A stretch of DNA of 64,000 nt from an uncultured Gemmatimonadaceae bacterium. Its GTDB lineage: Bacteria > Gemmatimonadota > Gemmatimonadetes > Gemmatimonadales > Gemmatimonadaceae. The notes under the pieces were generated by a model. That model searched no databases. It saw nothing but the letters and a program-made list of their open reading frames with translations, and was not told where the DNA came from. Below are positions 9,888 through 22,187 of this stretch, in pieces (position 1 is the stretch's first letter; every line of letters begins with the position of its first letter). The stretch is from positions 2,368,001 through 2,432,000 of the forward strand of contig CAWJMB010000002.1 of assembly GCA_963843845.1 (NCBI GenBank), in the 5' to 3' direction. The position numbers and the translations under genes were made by a program.

Positions 9888-10358
9888 ATGTCTGTGACCG
9901 AGGACGCACGACTCACCGTGCGCTGCGCGTTCTGCGAGACATGGAACCGCGTCGCCGCCGCGCGCGCCGCCGACCGGCCGAAGTGCGGCAAGTGCGCGCG
10001 ACCGATCCTGCTGGATCGCCCGCTGCCGCTCGACGACGAGACGTTCGCGCGAACGGTTGAGGGGAGCGACGTGCCGGTGCTGGTCGACTTCTACGCGGAC
10101 TGGTGCGGGCCGTGCAAGATGATGGCACCGGTCGTCGACGAGCTGGCGACACGCGTCCAGGGACGCGCGCTGATCGCGAAGCTGAATACCGACCGCGCGC
10201 CGTCCACATCGCAGCAGTACGGCATTCGTAGCATCCCGACCGTCATCGTGTTTCACGGCGGGCGCCCCGTGACGCAGCAGTCGGGTGCGGTCCGGATGCC
10301 GGAGCTCGAGTCGCTGCTCGCGAAGGCCGGAGTCCAGACAGCACCGCGCCCGGCCTGA
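9888..10358 (+). CDS. trxC: Thioredoxin 2 with N-terminal Zn finger
   Basis: CAFC...CGKC followed by WCGPC. Confidence 0.93.
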   Translation: MSVTEDARLTVRCAFCETWNRVAAARAADRPKCGKCARPILLDRPLPLDDETFARTVEGSDVPVLVDFYADWCGPCKMMAPVVDELATRVQGRALIAKLNTDRAPSTSQQYGIRSIPTVIVFHGGRPVTQQSGAVRMPELESLLAKAGVQTAPRPA

Positions 10359-10377
10359 CGAGGCACGGTGAAATGCA

Positions 10378-10410
10378 CGTGGGGCCGAGCCACGATGGCC
10401 CGGCCCCACG
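10378..10410. terminator. GC-rich hairpin between convergent trxC and actF
   Basis: CGTGGGGCCGAGCCA-CGA-TGGCCCGGCCCCACG imperfect inverted repeat. Confidence 0.5.
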
Positions 10411-10440
10411 AGACGACCGCTCGGCCGCCCTGCCCGACGG

Positions 10441-11787
10441 CTACTCGTGCGCCGGCAGCGGCTCCATCGTCTTCGGATCGACGGGCACCTGTACTTCGTC
10501 GCGATACGGCGACGTCATCATGAAGATGCGCATCTTCGGGAAGGCGTCCATCCACGTCGTGTAGGACAGCCCCCAGAGCCCCAGCATCCCGACGCTGACG
10601 CCGATCTCCATGAGACCGACGGGCATCGCCGTCACCCCTTCCTGGATGCCGCCGTAGATCGACGGGTAGATCTCGAGGTAGCGGTGCAACCAGATGCCGA
10701 GCGTGCTCGACCCGGCGACGAAGAGCATCCACGGCGAGTACAGCTTCGGATACTTGCCGAGGAGCCCGAAGAACGGCACGACGAACACCATTAACGCGAT
10801 GGACGTCGTGAGCCCGGTCCATGGCTGCATCAGGCGCAGGCGGAAGAAGTGCGTCTCTTCCGGCAAGTTGCCGTACCAGATGACGAGGTACTGACTGAAC
10901 GTCAGGTAGCCCCAGAATGCCGTGAACGCGAAGCACAGCTTCCCGACGTCGTGAAAGTGCGTGTCGGTGATGACGTCGGGCACGTTCAGGTGGTTGCGCC
11001 ACGCGCGGAGCAGCATGGCCATCGTCATGAGCATGACGAGCCACCCGCCCATGAACACCTGCCAGCCGTACATCGTGCTCTGGAAGTGCAGCGACATGGT
11101 CATCGAATAGTCCCAGATCAGCACGGTCCACCCGTAACCGAACAGCAGACAGACGACGACGGCGAGCTTGCCCAACAGCGAGTGCGTGTCGTGCAGCTCG
11201 CGGCGCTCATCCCGGAATCCGCGGCGCATCCCGTCGCGGAGCCCTTTCGCCCACCCGGCGGCGCTCGGATCCTCCGGGGTCACCGCGACATCGAGGCGGA
11301 TCGAGCGGAGCACGAACCAGAGCGAGAACGCGGTCATCAGCCCGAAGATCACGACGCCGCGCAGCCGGAAGAACGTCGGATCGAGATACTGCGCCTTCTG
11401 GTGGACGTGGATCGCTTCGCGCGACCACTGATACAGGTGTGGCGCGCCGACGAACAGCATCAGGAGCAGGAGGACGAACGCGACCGGAAGGAACGCGACG
11501 TACCCTTCGGCGAACCGAACGATCGGGCGCGACCAGCGTGCCGTCGTCAGCCGTTGCACGGCCGCGAAGGCGACTCCGGCGCTCGAGACGATCGTGAAGA
11601 ACGTCCAGTTGAACTGGAGCGCCTGCCACGCGCGGTCCTGCCCGGTGGCGGCGCCGTAGATGAAGACGAGCGCGCCGAGTATGGCGAGCACCGCGGAGGC
11701 GAGCTTGATCGAGCGCGGGATCGGCTTGTTCTGCGTCGCGCGAACGAGCTCGTCGCGCGTGGGAACGTGAGCAGCGTGGAGACTCAC
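10441..11787 (-). CDS. actF: Alternative complex III subunit ActF (NrfD-like membrane protein)
   Basis: About 10 TM helices, DYSMTMSLHFQSTMYG and FSQYLVIWYGNLPEE motifs; last gene of the act cluster. Confidence 0.9.
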   Translation of the reverse strand: MSLHAAHVPTRDELVRATQNKPIPRSIKLASAVLAILGALVFIYGAATGQDRAWQALQFNWTFFTIVSSAGVAFAAVQRLTTARWSRPIVRFAEGYVAFLPVAFVLLLLMLFVGAPHLYQWSREAIHVHQKAQYLDPTFFRLRGVVIFGLMTAFSLWFVLRSIRLDVAVTPEDPSAAGWAKGLRDGMRRGFRDERRELHDTHSLLGKLAVVVCLLFGYGWTVLIWDYSMTMSLHFQSTMYGWQVFMGGWLVMLMTMAMLLRAWRNHLNVPDVITDTHFHDVGKLCFAFTAFWGYLTFSQYLVIWYGNLPEETHFFRLRLMQPWTGLTTSIALMVFVVPFFGLLGKYPKLYSPWMLFVAGSSTLGIWLHRYLEIYPSIYGGIQEGVTAMPVGLMEIGVSVGMLGLWGLSYTTWMDAFPKMRIFMMTSPYRDEVQVPVDPKTMEPLPAHE

Positions 11788-12518
11788 GGTGTCCTCCCGG
11801 CAGTGCTATCGACCGCGGATGTCGTGGTCGGGGCCGTCGTCCCCGGCACCGTCGTCGCACCGGCACGGTACATCGGGGCCGGCCGCGTCGGCGCGCTCTG
11901 GGTGTAGCCGGGGACCGTCGCCCCGTTCTGACCGGGATATCCGTACGGCGCCGTGCCGCCGGTCGTGTTCGGCACCCGTCCCTGGAGCGCACGAACGTAG
12001 TTCACGACGTCCCAGCGATCCATTTCCTCGATGCGGTTGTATGTCGGCATCAGTCCGCGGCCGTTGCGGATGATGCCGTAGATGTAGCCGTCGGGACGGC
12101 CGCGAGTGAGATCGGTGTTCAGGTTGATCGACGGAACGCCGTACTTGGTCGTCGGTCCGTCACCGTTCCCGCCGAGGCCATGGCAGACGGCGCAGTTCGT
12201 CGTGAAGTACTTGCGACCGTTCTCGAGCGACGCCGGCGAGACCGCGGTCGGGTTCGCGATCGCGCCGAGCGAGTCGAGCGTCGCTGGCATCTGCATGTAG
12301 CTGATCTGGTACGACGGCGCCGCTCCGCCGGTCACGGGGACGGCGAAGCTCGGATTGCCGCGCGGCGCGTGCAGCGTGTCGTTGTCCATCTGCGACAGCG
12401 GCTCCCACGGCTCGACACGCGGTTGCGCCTTGAAGTCGGTGAACCAGTCGCAGGCGCCGAGCGCGAGCGTCAACGGCAGTGCGAGCAGCGCTCGACGGCA
12501 CGACGGATTAGCGCTCAC
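11784..12518 (-). CDS. actE: Alternative complex III monoheme cytochrome c lipoprotein ActE
   Basis: LGAC lipobox, CAVCH heme site, GLMP axial Met. Confidence 0.9.
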   Translation of the reverse strand: MSANPSCRRALLALPLTLALGACDWFTDFKAQPRVEPWEPLSQMDNDTLHAPRGNPSFAVPVTGGAAPSYQISYMQMPATLDSLGAIANPTAVSPASLENGRKYFTTNCAVCHGLGGNGDGPTTKYGVPSINLNTDLTRGRPDGYIYGIIRNGRGLMPTYNRIEEMDRWDVVNYVRALQGRVPNTTGGTAPYGYPGQNGATVPGYTQSAPTRPAPMYRAGATTVPGTTAPTTTSAVDSTAGRTP

Positions 12519-13008
12519 CGCGCACCTCCACCGCTCCGTTCCGGCGAAGCGTCTCTTCGGCAGCCTGCAACTTGTCGGGCGGGCACTCGACCCAGACGCC
12601 GAAGTCGCCGTGGCTGAAGCGCGGATCGTAACCGACCGTCATGGTCAGGCGAGGGATACGAGAGACGTAGAACATGCCGAACACCGTCGACAGCGCGCCG
12701 ACGAGCACCATGACCTCGAAGCCGATGATCGTGTAGGGGATCCACGACCCGATCGCCTTGCCGCCGGTGACCAGGGGCCAGTACTCCGACGTCCAGATCG
12801 CGATCCAATAGCCGAACGTGACGCCGAGCAGCCCGCCGATCAGCGTGAAGCGGCGAACGGGGCTCGGGGGCGAGCCCAACGCCTCTTCGAGCTCGTGGCG
12901 CGGCGTCGGCGTGTACACCGTCAGATCGCCGACGCGCGCCTTGCGCAGCTCTTCGACGGCGTGCACCGCGGCGTCCAGCTCGCGGAATGCTCCGATGACT
13001 CCTTGCAT
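12508..13008 (-). CDS. actD: Alternative complex III subunit ActD (DUF3341)
   Basis: ATG 13008 overlaps the actC stop; YTPTP, WPLVTGGK, FEVMVL, YDPRFS; two TM helices. Confidence 0.92.
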   Translation of the reverse strand: MQGVIGAFRELDAAVHAVEELRKARVGDLTVYTPTPRHELEEALGSPPSPVRRFTLIGGLLGVTFGYWIAIWTSEYWPLVTGGKAIGSWIPYTIIGFEVMVLVGALSTVFGMFYVSRIPRLTMTVGYDPRFSHGDFGVWVECPPDKLQAAEETLRRNGAVEVRGER

Positions 13009-14495
13009 CAGGCGAACTCCCCCGGCGTATCCGGCTCGAAGGGCTGGTGACGACCGGCCGTGTCGACGTGCGAGTCGTGCGCGCCGTGCGCGTGAGCCCC
13101 ACCGTGGCCGCCGCGCATCTTCGGCGGGATGATCTCCTTGATCTCGGCGAGGGCGAACACGGGGAGCTGCTTCGTGAACAGCAGGAACCACATGAAGAAC
13201 CAGCCGAACGAGCCGACGAGGAAGGCCATGTCGACCCAGCTCGGAACGTAGGTGCTCCACTGCCACGGCTCGAACTCGTGCGTCAGCGACGGGACGACGA
13301 TGACGAACCGCTCGTACCACATGCCGAGATTGATGAACAGACTCAGGATGAACAGCCACGTCGTGTTGCGCCGGAGCTTCTGCGACCAGAGCGACATCGG
13401 CATGATCATGTTGCAGCAGAGCAGGATCCACGCGCTCCACCACCACTGCCCGAACACGCGGTTGTAGAAGTACTCCTGCTCGTAGCGGTTGCCGCTATAC
13501 CAGGCGATGAAGAACTCGGTCAGGTACGCGAGCCCCACGACCATCGACACGAACAGCACGACCTTCGCCGTCGCATCGAGCTGGTTGAGCGTGACGTAGT
13601 GCTTGAGGTTGAAGAACCGCCGGATCGGGATGACGATCGTCCACACCATCGCGAAGCCGGAGAAGATGGCGCCGGCGACGAAGTAGGGGGGGAAGATCGT
13701 GGCGTGCCACCCGGGCGTCAGCGCCATCGCGAAGTCGAACGACACGACGGAGTGCACCGAGAGCACGAGCGGCGTACTGAACGCGGCGAGGAAGAGATAC
13801 GCACGCGCGAAGTGCCGCCATTCCCGATCCGAGTTCCGCCAGCCGAGCGAGAGGATCGAGAAGATCCGCTTTCGCACCGGGTTGGTCTCGCGATCGCGCA
13901 GCACCGCGATGTCGGGGATGAGGCCGACGTAGAGGAACGTCGTCGAGATCGTCAGATACGTCGAGATGGCGAAGACGTCCCAGACGAGCGGCGACTTGAA
14001 ATTCGGCCAGATGAGCCGCCAGTTCGGGTACGGAATCAGCCAGTAGAACTTCCACGGGCGCCCGATGTGAATGATCGGGAAGAGTCCGGCGGTCATGACG
14101 GCGAACACCGTCATCGCTTCCGAGACGCGGTAGATCGTCGTGCGGAAGCCGGCGCGGAACAGGTAGAGAATGGCCGAGATCAGCGTCCCGGCGTGCCCGA
14201 TGCCGACCCAGAAGACGAACGTGATGATGTAGACGCCCCACATGTTCGGCGGCTCGTACCCCGCCTGCCCGAGTCCCCAGTAGATCTGGTAGACCCAGGC
14301 CGAGGCGCCGATGAGCATGCAGAGAATCGCGGCGCCGAGCGCGGCGAACCATCCGCCGGTCGGCGACATCGTCGCGGTGATCTCGTTGTCGACCTGTTCG
14401 TAGTCGCGAACGGCCGGCAGCTGAACGTCGGCCGACGCGATGTTGGGCAGATCGCGGTCGTCGCGAGCACCGACGGGGCGTGCGAGGGTCGCCAT
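13008..14495 (-). CDS. actC: Alternative complex III quinol-binding subunit ActC (NrfD/PsrC family)
   Basis: FVFWVGIGHAGTLISAIL, HIGRPW, NFKSPLVWD, LSVHSVVSFDF. Confidence 0.95.
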   Translation of the reverse strand: MATLARPVGARDDRDLPNIASADVQLPAVRDYEQVDNEITATMSPTGGWFAALGAAILCMLIGASAWVYQIYWGLGQAGYEPPNMWGVYIITFVFWVGIGHAGTLISAILYLFRAGFRTTIYRVSEAMTVFAVMTAGLFPIIHIGRPWKFYWLIPYPNWRLIWPNFKSPLVWDVFAISTYLTISTTFLYVGLIPDIAVLRDRETNPVRKRIFSILSLGWRNSDREWRHFARAYLFLAAFSTPLVLSVHSVVSFDFAMALTPGWHATIFPPYFVAGAIFSGFAMVWTIVIPIRRFFNLKHYVTLNQLDATAKVVLFVSMVVGLAYLTEFFIAWYSGNRYEQEYFYNRVFGQWWWSAWILLCCNMIMPMSLWSQKLRRNTTWLFILSLFINLGMWYERFVIVVPSLTHEFEPWQWSTYVPSWVDMAFLVGSFGWFFMWFLLFTKQLPVFALAEIKEIIPPKMRGGHGGAHAHGAHDSHVDTAGRHQPFEPDTPGEFA

Positions 14496-14496
14496 G

Positions 14497-17568
<3,072 letters not shown>

Positions 17569-17605
17569 GAATGGTCAGATAAGAGGAGCGCGATCCGATC
17601 AGTCA

Positions 17606-18271
17606 TCAGTAGTGGCAGACGGCGCAGTCGTAGCGCGCCTTGCGCACCGGCATCGCCGCGGCGGCCTTCACGACCGAGTCGGGCGCGCCAGCGAGCCTGG
17701 CGCCTTCGGCCGGGTTGTAGCCCTGCACGTGGCAGTTGATGCACCAGCCCATGTTCAGCGACGCATACTGATACGGCGTCGACTTCATGTTCTGGATCTC
17801 GCCGTGACAGCTCTGACAGGTGACGCCGGCGTTCACGTGCCGCATGTGCGGGAACTGCACGTAATCCGGCACCTTGTGCACGCGCACCCACGGAATCGGC
17901 CGCGCCTTCGCCCCGAGCGGGGCGCCGAGCCCCTTGATGTCGGCGTACTGCCAGAGCTTCTGCAGCTCCTCGCTCTTCCGCTTCGGGCCGAGGTCCGACG
18001 CGGGGCGGTCGGGGCCGACGATCGAGTGGCAGCCGACGCACGTGCTCACCGCCGGCAGCCCAGGGTCGGGCGACTTGTTCGCCGAGAAGTGACAGTAGAC
18101 GCAGTTCATGCCCAGCGACTTCACGTGCGTCTGGTGCGGGAACGCGATCGGCTGGTCGGGCTGTCGCCCGCGTGAGCTCGATGCACCACTGTAAGCCGAC
18201 AGCACGGTGGCGGCGGCCGCCAGGGCGAGGAACCCCGGAATCGCCGTCCACTTGCGTCTCTTCGTCATCAA
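17606..18271 (-). CDS. actA: Alternative complex III pentaheme cytochrome c ActA
   Basis: Five CxxCH motifs (CVYCH, CVGCH, CQSCH, CINCH, CAVCH); QPIAFPH; N-terminal hydrophobic segment. Confidence 0.93.
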   Translation of the reverse strand: MMTKRRKWTAIPGFLALAAAATVLSAYSGASSSRGRQPDQPIAFPHQTHVKSLGMNCVYCHFSANKSPDPGLPAVSTCVGCHSIVGPDRPASDLGPKRKSEELQKLWQYADIKGLGAPLGAKARPIPWVRVHKVPDYVQFPHMRHVNAGVTCQSCHGEIQNMKSTPYQYASLNMGWCINCHVQGYNPAEGARLAGAPDSVVKAAAAMPVRKARYDCAVCHY

Positions 18272-18313
18272 TGCGCCCTGATCAGAGGGGAATATCCGAA
18301 CGGATCGCTCTCC

Positions 18314-18333
18314 TTTGTGAATGCTTTCACAAA
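18314..18333. promoter_or_regulatory. Perfect palindrome matching the Rex operator (also fits CRP TGTGA-N6-TCACA)
   Basis: TTTGTGAA-TGCT-TTCACAAA, 43 bp upstream of the actA start. Confidence 0.8.
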
Positions 18334-18403
18334 GTCGGCAAAGTGCGGCGTAACATGACCGGGGCTCACAGGCGAAGCAACCCCCGCGTGTACACCTGCG
18401 CCG

Positions 18404-19198
18404 TTAGTCACCGGTGCGATTTTCCGGGGGACCCGAGCGCGGCCGCGCGAACGCGGCAGCGTCGGTGATCGCCGCTGCACGCAGGTCGTCCGGCAGCAAG
18501 TCGAGGCTCGATCTCGGCGCCTGCGTGAGACGGAGCGGCCACCCGGTGCCGTACACGAAACGCGCCGGGCCGAGGGTGCGGAACATCGCGGAGAGGTGGT
18601 CCTCCGGCGGCCCCCACACGCAACAGAAGTCGAACCACAACCGTGCCCGCTCTCGCTCGGTGAGCGACCAGAAGATCTCCTCGATCAGGTCGCGGCCGGC
18701 GTGAGTCAGCACCGTCGGTGGCGCGTTCTCCGCGCGGATGAACGCCCGCACGTGCGCGGCGGTGAGGTCCGACGAGACGTCGAGCGGGTGACGCTGCCGG
18801 ACGTCCTCGAACCGCACCGTGAACACGACGACGAGTCCGGCCTCGGCGCACGCGGCGCCGAGTCGCCCCAGCGAGCCGTCGCCGGGCGCCAGCCCCCACT
18901 GCATCGGATAGACCCGCACGGCCGGCGCGCCCGCCGCGACCGCGGCCGCGACCTGACGCTCGACGCCGGGCCAGTCCGGGCGGATGCACGGTGCAGGATG
19001 GAGCGTCGGATACGGAGCGAGCGCGGCGTAGAGCTCGGTGTTCCCGGGCGACGGATCGCGCCAGAAGGCCGACGGCAGGTGACCGACCCACGCACCGCTC
19101 AACCCTTCGCGCGCGACGACTCGCGCCAGCACCGCAGGCTCCGGGTGTGGCACGTGGCGGTACGGAAAGCCGCCGATCCAGGCGTTGACGTCGATCAC
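18404..19198 (-). CDS. Amidohydrolase_2-like TIM-barrel protein lacking the N-terminal HxH
   Basis: GTG 19198 overlaps the upstream TGA; IDVNAWIG, VRVYP, VLTH, RFVYGTGWP. Confidence 0.75.
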   Translation of the reverse strand: MIDVNAWIGGFPYRHVPHPEPAVLARVVAREGLSGAWVGHLPSAFWRDPSPGNTELYAALAPYPTLHPAPCIRPDWPGVERQVAAAVAAGAPAVRVYPMQWGLAPGDGSLGRLGAACAEAGLVVVFTVRFEDVRQRHPLDVSSDLTAAHVRAFIRAENAPPTVLTHAGRDLIEEIFWSLTERERARLWFDFCCVWGPPEDHLSAMFRTLGPARFVYGTGWPLRLTQAPRSSLDLLPDDLRAAAITDAAAFARPRSGPPENRTGD

Positions 19199-20133
19199 GG
19201 CGAGGGCCGCGGCGGGGAGGGCGGCGGCGACGCCCGGGAGAAGGACGCCGGTGGGAAGATCGACGCCGCGGTGCCCCACCGGATCGCCGAGAGGTCGTCG
19301 GCGCCGAGCCCGACGTGGTCGAGCGCACGAAGCTTCGCGAGGCCCGTCTCGATCGTCACGTCGCATGCCCAGAGGAGCCGGCGCGGGCCGACGGCGGAGA
19401 GCGCGCCGTCGAGCATACCCCGATCGACGCCCGAGCCGGACAGGTCGAGGTAGACGTTCGGCAGCTCCACGACGGCGTGATACGTGTGCATGTAATCCCC
19501 CCCGCCGCCGACGTGCGCGAGGATGAACCGCGTGTTCGGATGGCGCGCCGCGAGACGCCCCAGCTCCTCGCCGTCGGACGCCTCCTGCATCGGCCAGTCG
19601 CGACGGCGCCACTGCCAGACGTGGTGCAGGATCGGGACGCCGCGTGCGCCCGCGAGCGACGCGACGTCGTCGAGCAGTGCGTCGTCGGCGCGGCGGCTCG
19701 CCGCGAGTTTGACGCCGATCGCCCCGCGCGCGACGCACCGCTCGATCTCGCCGAGCGCGTGTGCCGGAAAGTTCGGGTTCACGGCCGCGTACGCGCGAAC
19801 GCGATCCGGGAGCGCATCGGCGACCGCGAGCATGACGTCGTTGCCGAACGTGACGTCGTCCGGCGACGGGAAGTACGTCGGCGAGGTGTGCCCCCAACTG
19901 CCCAACACGGACGCGACGTGCCAGCCGATGCCGATCCGCTCGCCGGACCGCATGCGTGCGAGATTCACCGCCGCCCAGTCGCCGCGCGGCGTACGCTGGT
20001 GGAAGAAGTGCGCGTGTACGTCGATCAGCGGCTGCGCGCCGGCGAGCGGCGTCCGCACCGGAGGAAGCGCCGCGTAGTCGGTCGCGAGTGTGCGCGCGGC
20101 GAGCGCCGCGTCGTCGAGCGTGGACGCGGTCAC
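19195..20133 (-). CDS. Amidohydrolase_2 family metal-dependent hydrolase
   Basis: IDVHAH, GVKL, PILHH, FILAHVGGG, VYLDLSGS, RLLWACD. Confidence 0.88.
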   Translation of the reverse strand: MTASTLDDAALAARTLATDYAALPPVRTPLAGAQPLIDVHAHFFHQRTPRGDWAAVNLARMRSGERIGIGWHVASVLGSWGHTSPTYFPSPDDVTFGNDVMLAVADALPDRVRAYAAVNPNFPAHALGEIERCVARGAIGVKLAASRRADDALLDDVASLAGARGVPILHHVWQWRRRDWPMQEASDGEELGRLAARHPNTRFILAHVGGGGDYMHTYHAVVELPNVYLDLSGSGVDRGMLDGALSAVGPRRLLWACDVTIETGLAKLRALDHVGLGADDLSAIRWGTAASIFPPASFSRASPPPSPPRPSP

Positions 20134-21366
20134 TGGCGCGACGAATCGAGCGCGCGTACGGCGTCGAACCCGGCCGCGGCGGCCGCGGCGATGCACTCGA
20201 TCGCGCCGGGGTCGTGCGCGAGTGACGCGTAGTTGTACGCGCCGCGCTTGAGCAGGACGCCGGCGTCGCGCGCGGCCGCGAGGAAGCGCGTCTCCCGCGC
20301 CGGATCGTCCCAGCGGAGCAACCACATCGCGTCGAGACCGTCGATCGTGACGCCGGACGTGCGAGACGTCGCGAGCGCCTGCGCTGACCGCGCCACGCAT
20401 CCGACGACCGGCCGCGGCCAGCGCGGCGCACACGTCTTCGCCCGCATGACGATCGAGCACGGCATCCGCGGCGCCGAACGCGACCGCGTCGCTCGCGAGC
20501 GTGCTCGAGATCCAGGTGTCGTGCACCGCGTCCATCACGTCGCGTCGGCCGACGGCGGCGGCGAGCGGGAACCCGTTCGCGAGCGCCTTGCCGAATGTCG
20601 CGAGGTCGGGCACCACCGCGCCGAGTGCCTGGTAGCCGCCTGCGTGGAGGCGGAACCCGGTCTTGATCTCGTCGAAGATCAGCACGGCATGAGCGGTATC
20701 GGCGAGGCGCCGCGCGCCCGTGAGGTAGCCGTCCGGCGGAACGCGCTCGACGACCGGCTCGACGACGATCGCCGCGAGATCGTTCCCGGCTGCCGCTGCG
20801 GCGGCGGTCAGCGCGTTCGTGTCGCCCCACGGTACGGCGGCGAAGTCGCGCCGAACGCCGTCCGGCACGCCTGCCGCGCTGCTGCACCAGTCCATCCATC
20901 CGAAGTACCCGGCGCCGATCACGTGCGATCGGCCGGTGTACGTCCGCGCGAGCCGCACCGCCGCCGCGACCGATTCGGCGCCGCTCTTGAAGAACAGCGC
21001 GCGCTCCGCGCAGGGGATCGTCGCGCACAGCCGCTCCGCGACCTGCACCTCGAGCGTGTGCGTCAATCCCGTGACCCCGCGTCCGATCTGCCTCGCCGCC
21101 CGCGCCGACACCGCCGGGTCGGCGTAGCCGAGTGCGACGGCGCCCAACGCCATCGTGCAATCGACGAACGTGCGGCCGCCAGGGGTCGTCACGCGGCACC
21201 CCGCCGCGTCGACATAGTGCGACGGCGCATCTTCGTGTGCGGCGCCGAACATCGTCGGCGGGCGCTTGCTCCCCGTCGACGTCACGCCCGCGACCGACGA
21301 CCCCGCACGCCGCCGCCACTCGGCGTCGATCAGCGACGGGTCGACGGCGACGCTCGCGCGGATCAC
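20130..21366 (-). CDS. Class III PLP aminotransferase (HemL/GSA-like), one frameshift near 20380
   Basis: KSGAES, IVVEP, IFDEIKTGFR, FGKALANGFP. The C-terminus continues in the frame of ORF 20130..20465. Confidence 0.85.
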
Positions 21367-22187
21367 GTCGACGGCTCCCCGGCGTTGTGCGCCGCCGCGC
21401 CGGCGCGTGCCTCCGCGAGGGTGCGGGCGCGCGTGAGACGCTCCACGCGTTCGACCGTTCGCAGAATCTCGATGAACACCGCGCGGAGGAGCGTCAGCTC
21501 GCGTGAGTTCGGGTCCGCACGGAAGAGCATCGACCGGATGCCGCGCATGACGTGCTCGGGGTTGCGCGACTTGAAGAAGTCGAGCGCCGCGAGGCCGCGG
21601 TGCGCGTCGGTGAAGAACAGCTCCCACTCCGCCCCCCGCGGCGGCGGGGCGTCCTTTCGCGGACGACCGTGACCGGCGCGGGTCGCGTCGCCCGCCGCGA
21701 GATGTAGCTCGTAGAGCGCGACGAGCACCGCCTGCGCCAGGTTGAGCGACGCATGCTCCGTCGTGGGGATCGTGACGACGGTGTGCGTGCGGTCGAGCGC
21801 GTCGCCGGGCAGCCCGTCGTCCTCGCGGCCGAAGAGCAGGGCGACCCGTCCGTCGGCAGCGCGATCCAGCGCCACCGGCGCGAACTCGCGCGGTGTCGTG
21901 CGGGGCCACTTCGCGGCACGCCGTCGCCCGGAGAAGCCGGCGACGTAGACGCAGTCGGCGAGGGCCGCGTCGAGCGCGTCGAAGTGTCGGATCCGGGCGA
22001 CGATGTCGCGCGTGTTGTGGGCGACCTGCTCGATGCGGTTCGGCTCGTAGTACACGGGATTCACGAGCCGCAGGTCGCGCAGCCCCATGTTCTTCATCAC
22101 GCGAACGACGGCGCCGATGTTGATCGGGTCCTGGGGCTCGAACAGCACGACACACGCGGCGTCGAGAATCGTGGAGCGGTCGGTCAT
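21363..22187 (-). CDS. SPOUT RNA methyltransferase, TrmJ/LasT-like
   Basis: PQDPINIGAVVRVMKNMG, LFGREDDGL, SLNLAQAV. Confidence 0.9.
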   Translation of the reverse strand: MTDRSTILDAACVVLFEPQDPINIGAVVRVMKNMGLRDLRLVNPVYYEPNRIEQVAHNTRDIVARIRHFDALDAALADCVYVAGFSGRRRAAKWPRTTPREFAPVALDRAADGRVALLFGREDDGLPGDALDRTHTVVTIPTTEHASLNLAQAVLVALYELHLAAGDATRAGHGRPRKDAPPPRGAEWELFFTDAHRGLAALDFFKSRNPEHVMRGIRSMLFRADPNSRELTLLRAVFIEILRTVERVERLTRARTLAEARAGAAAHNAGEPST

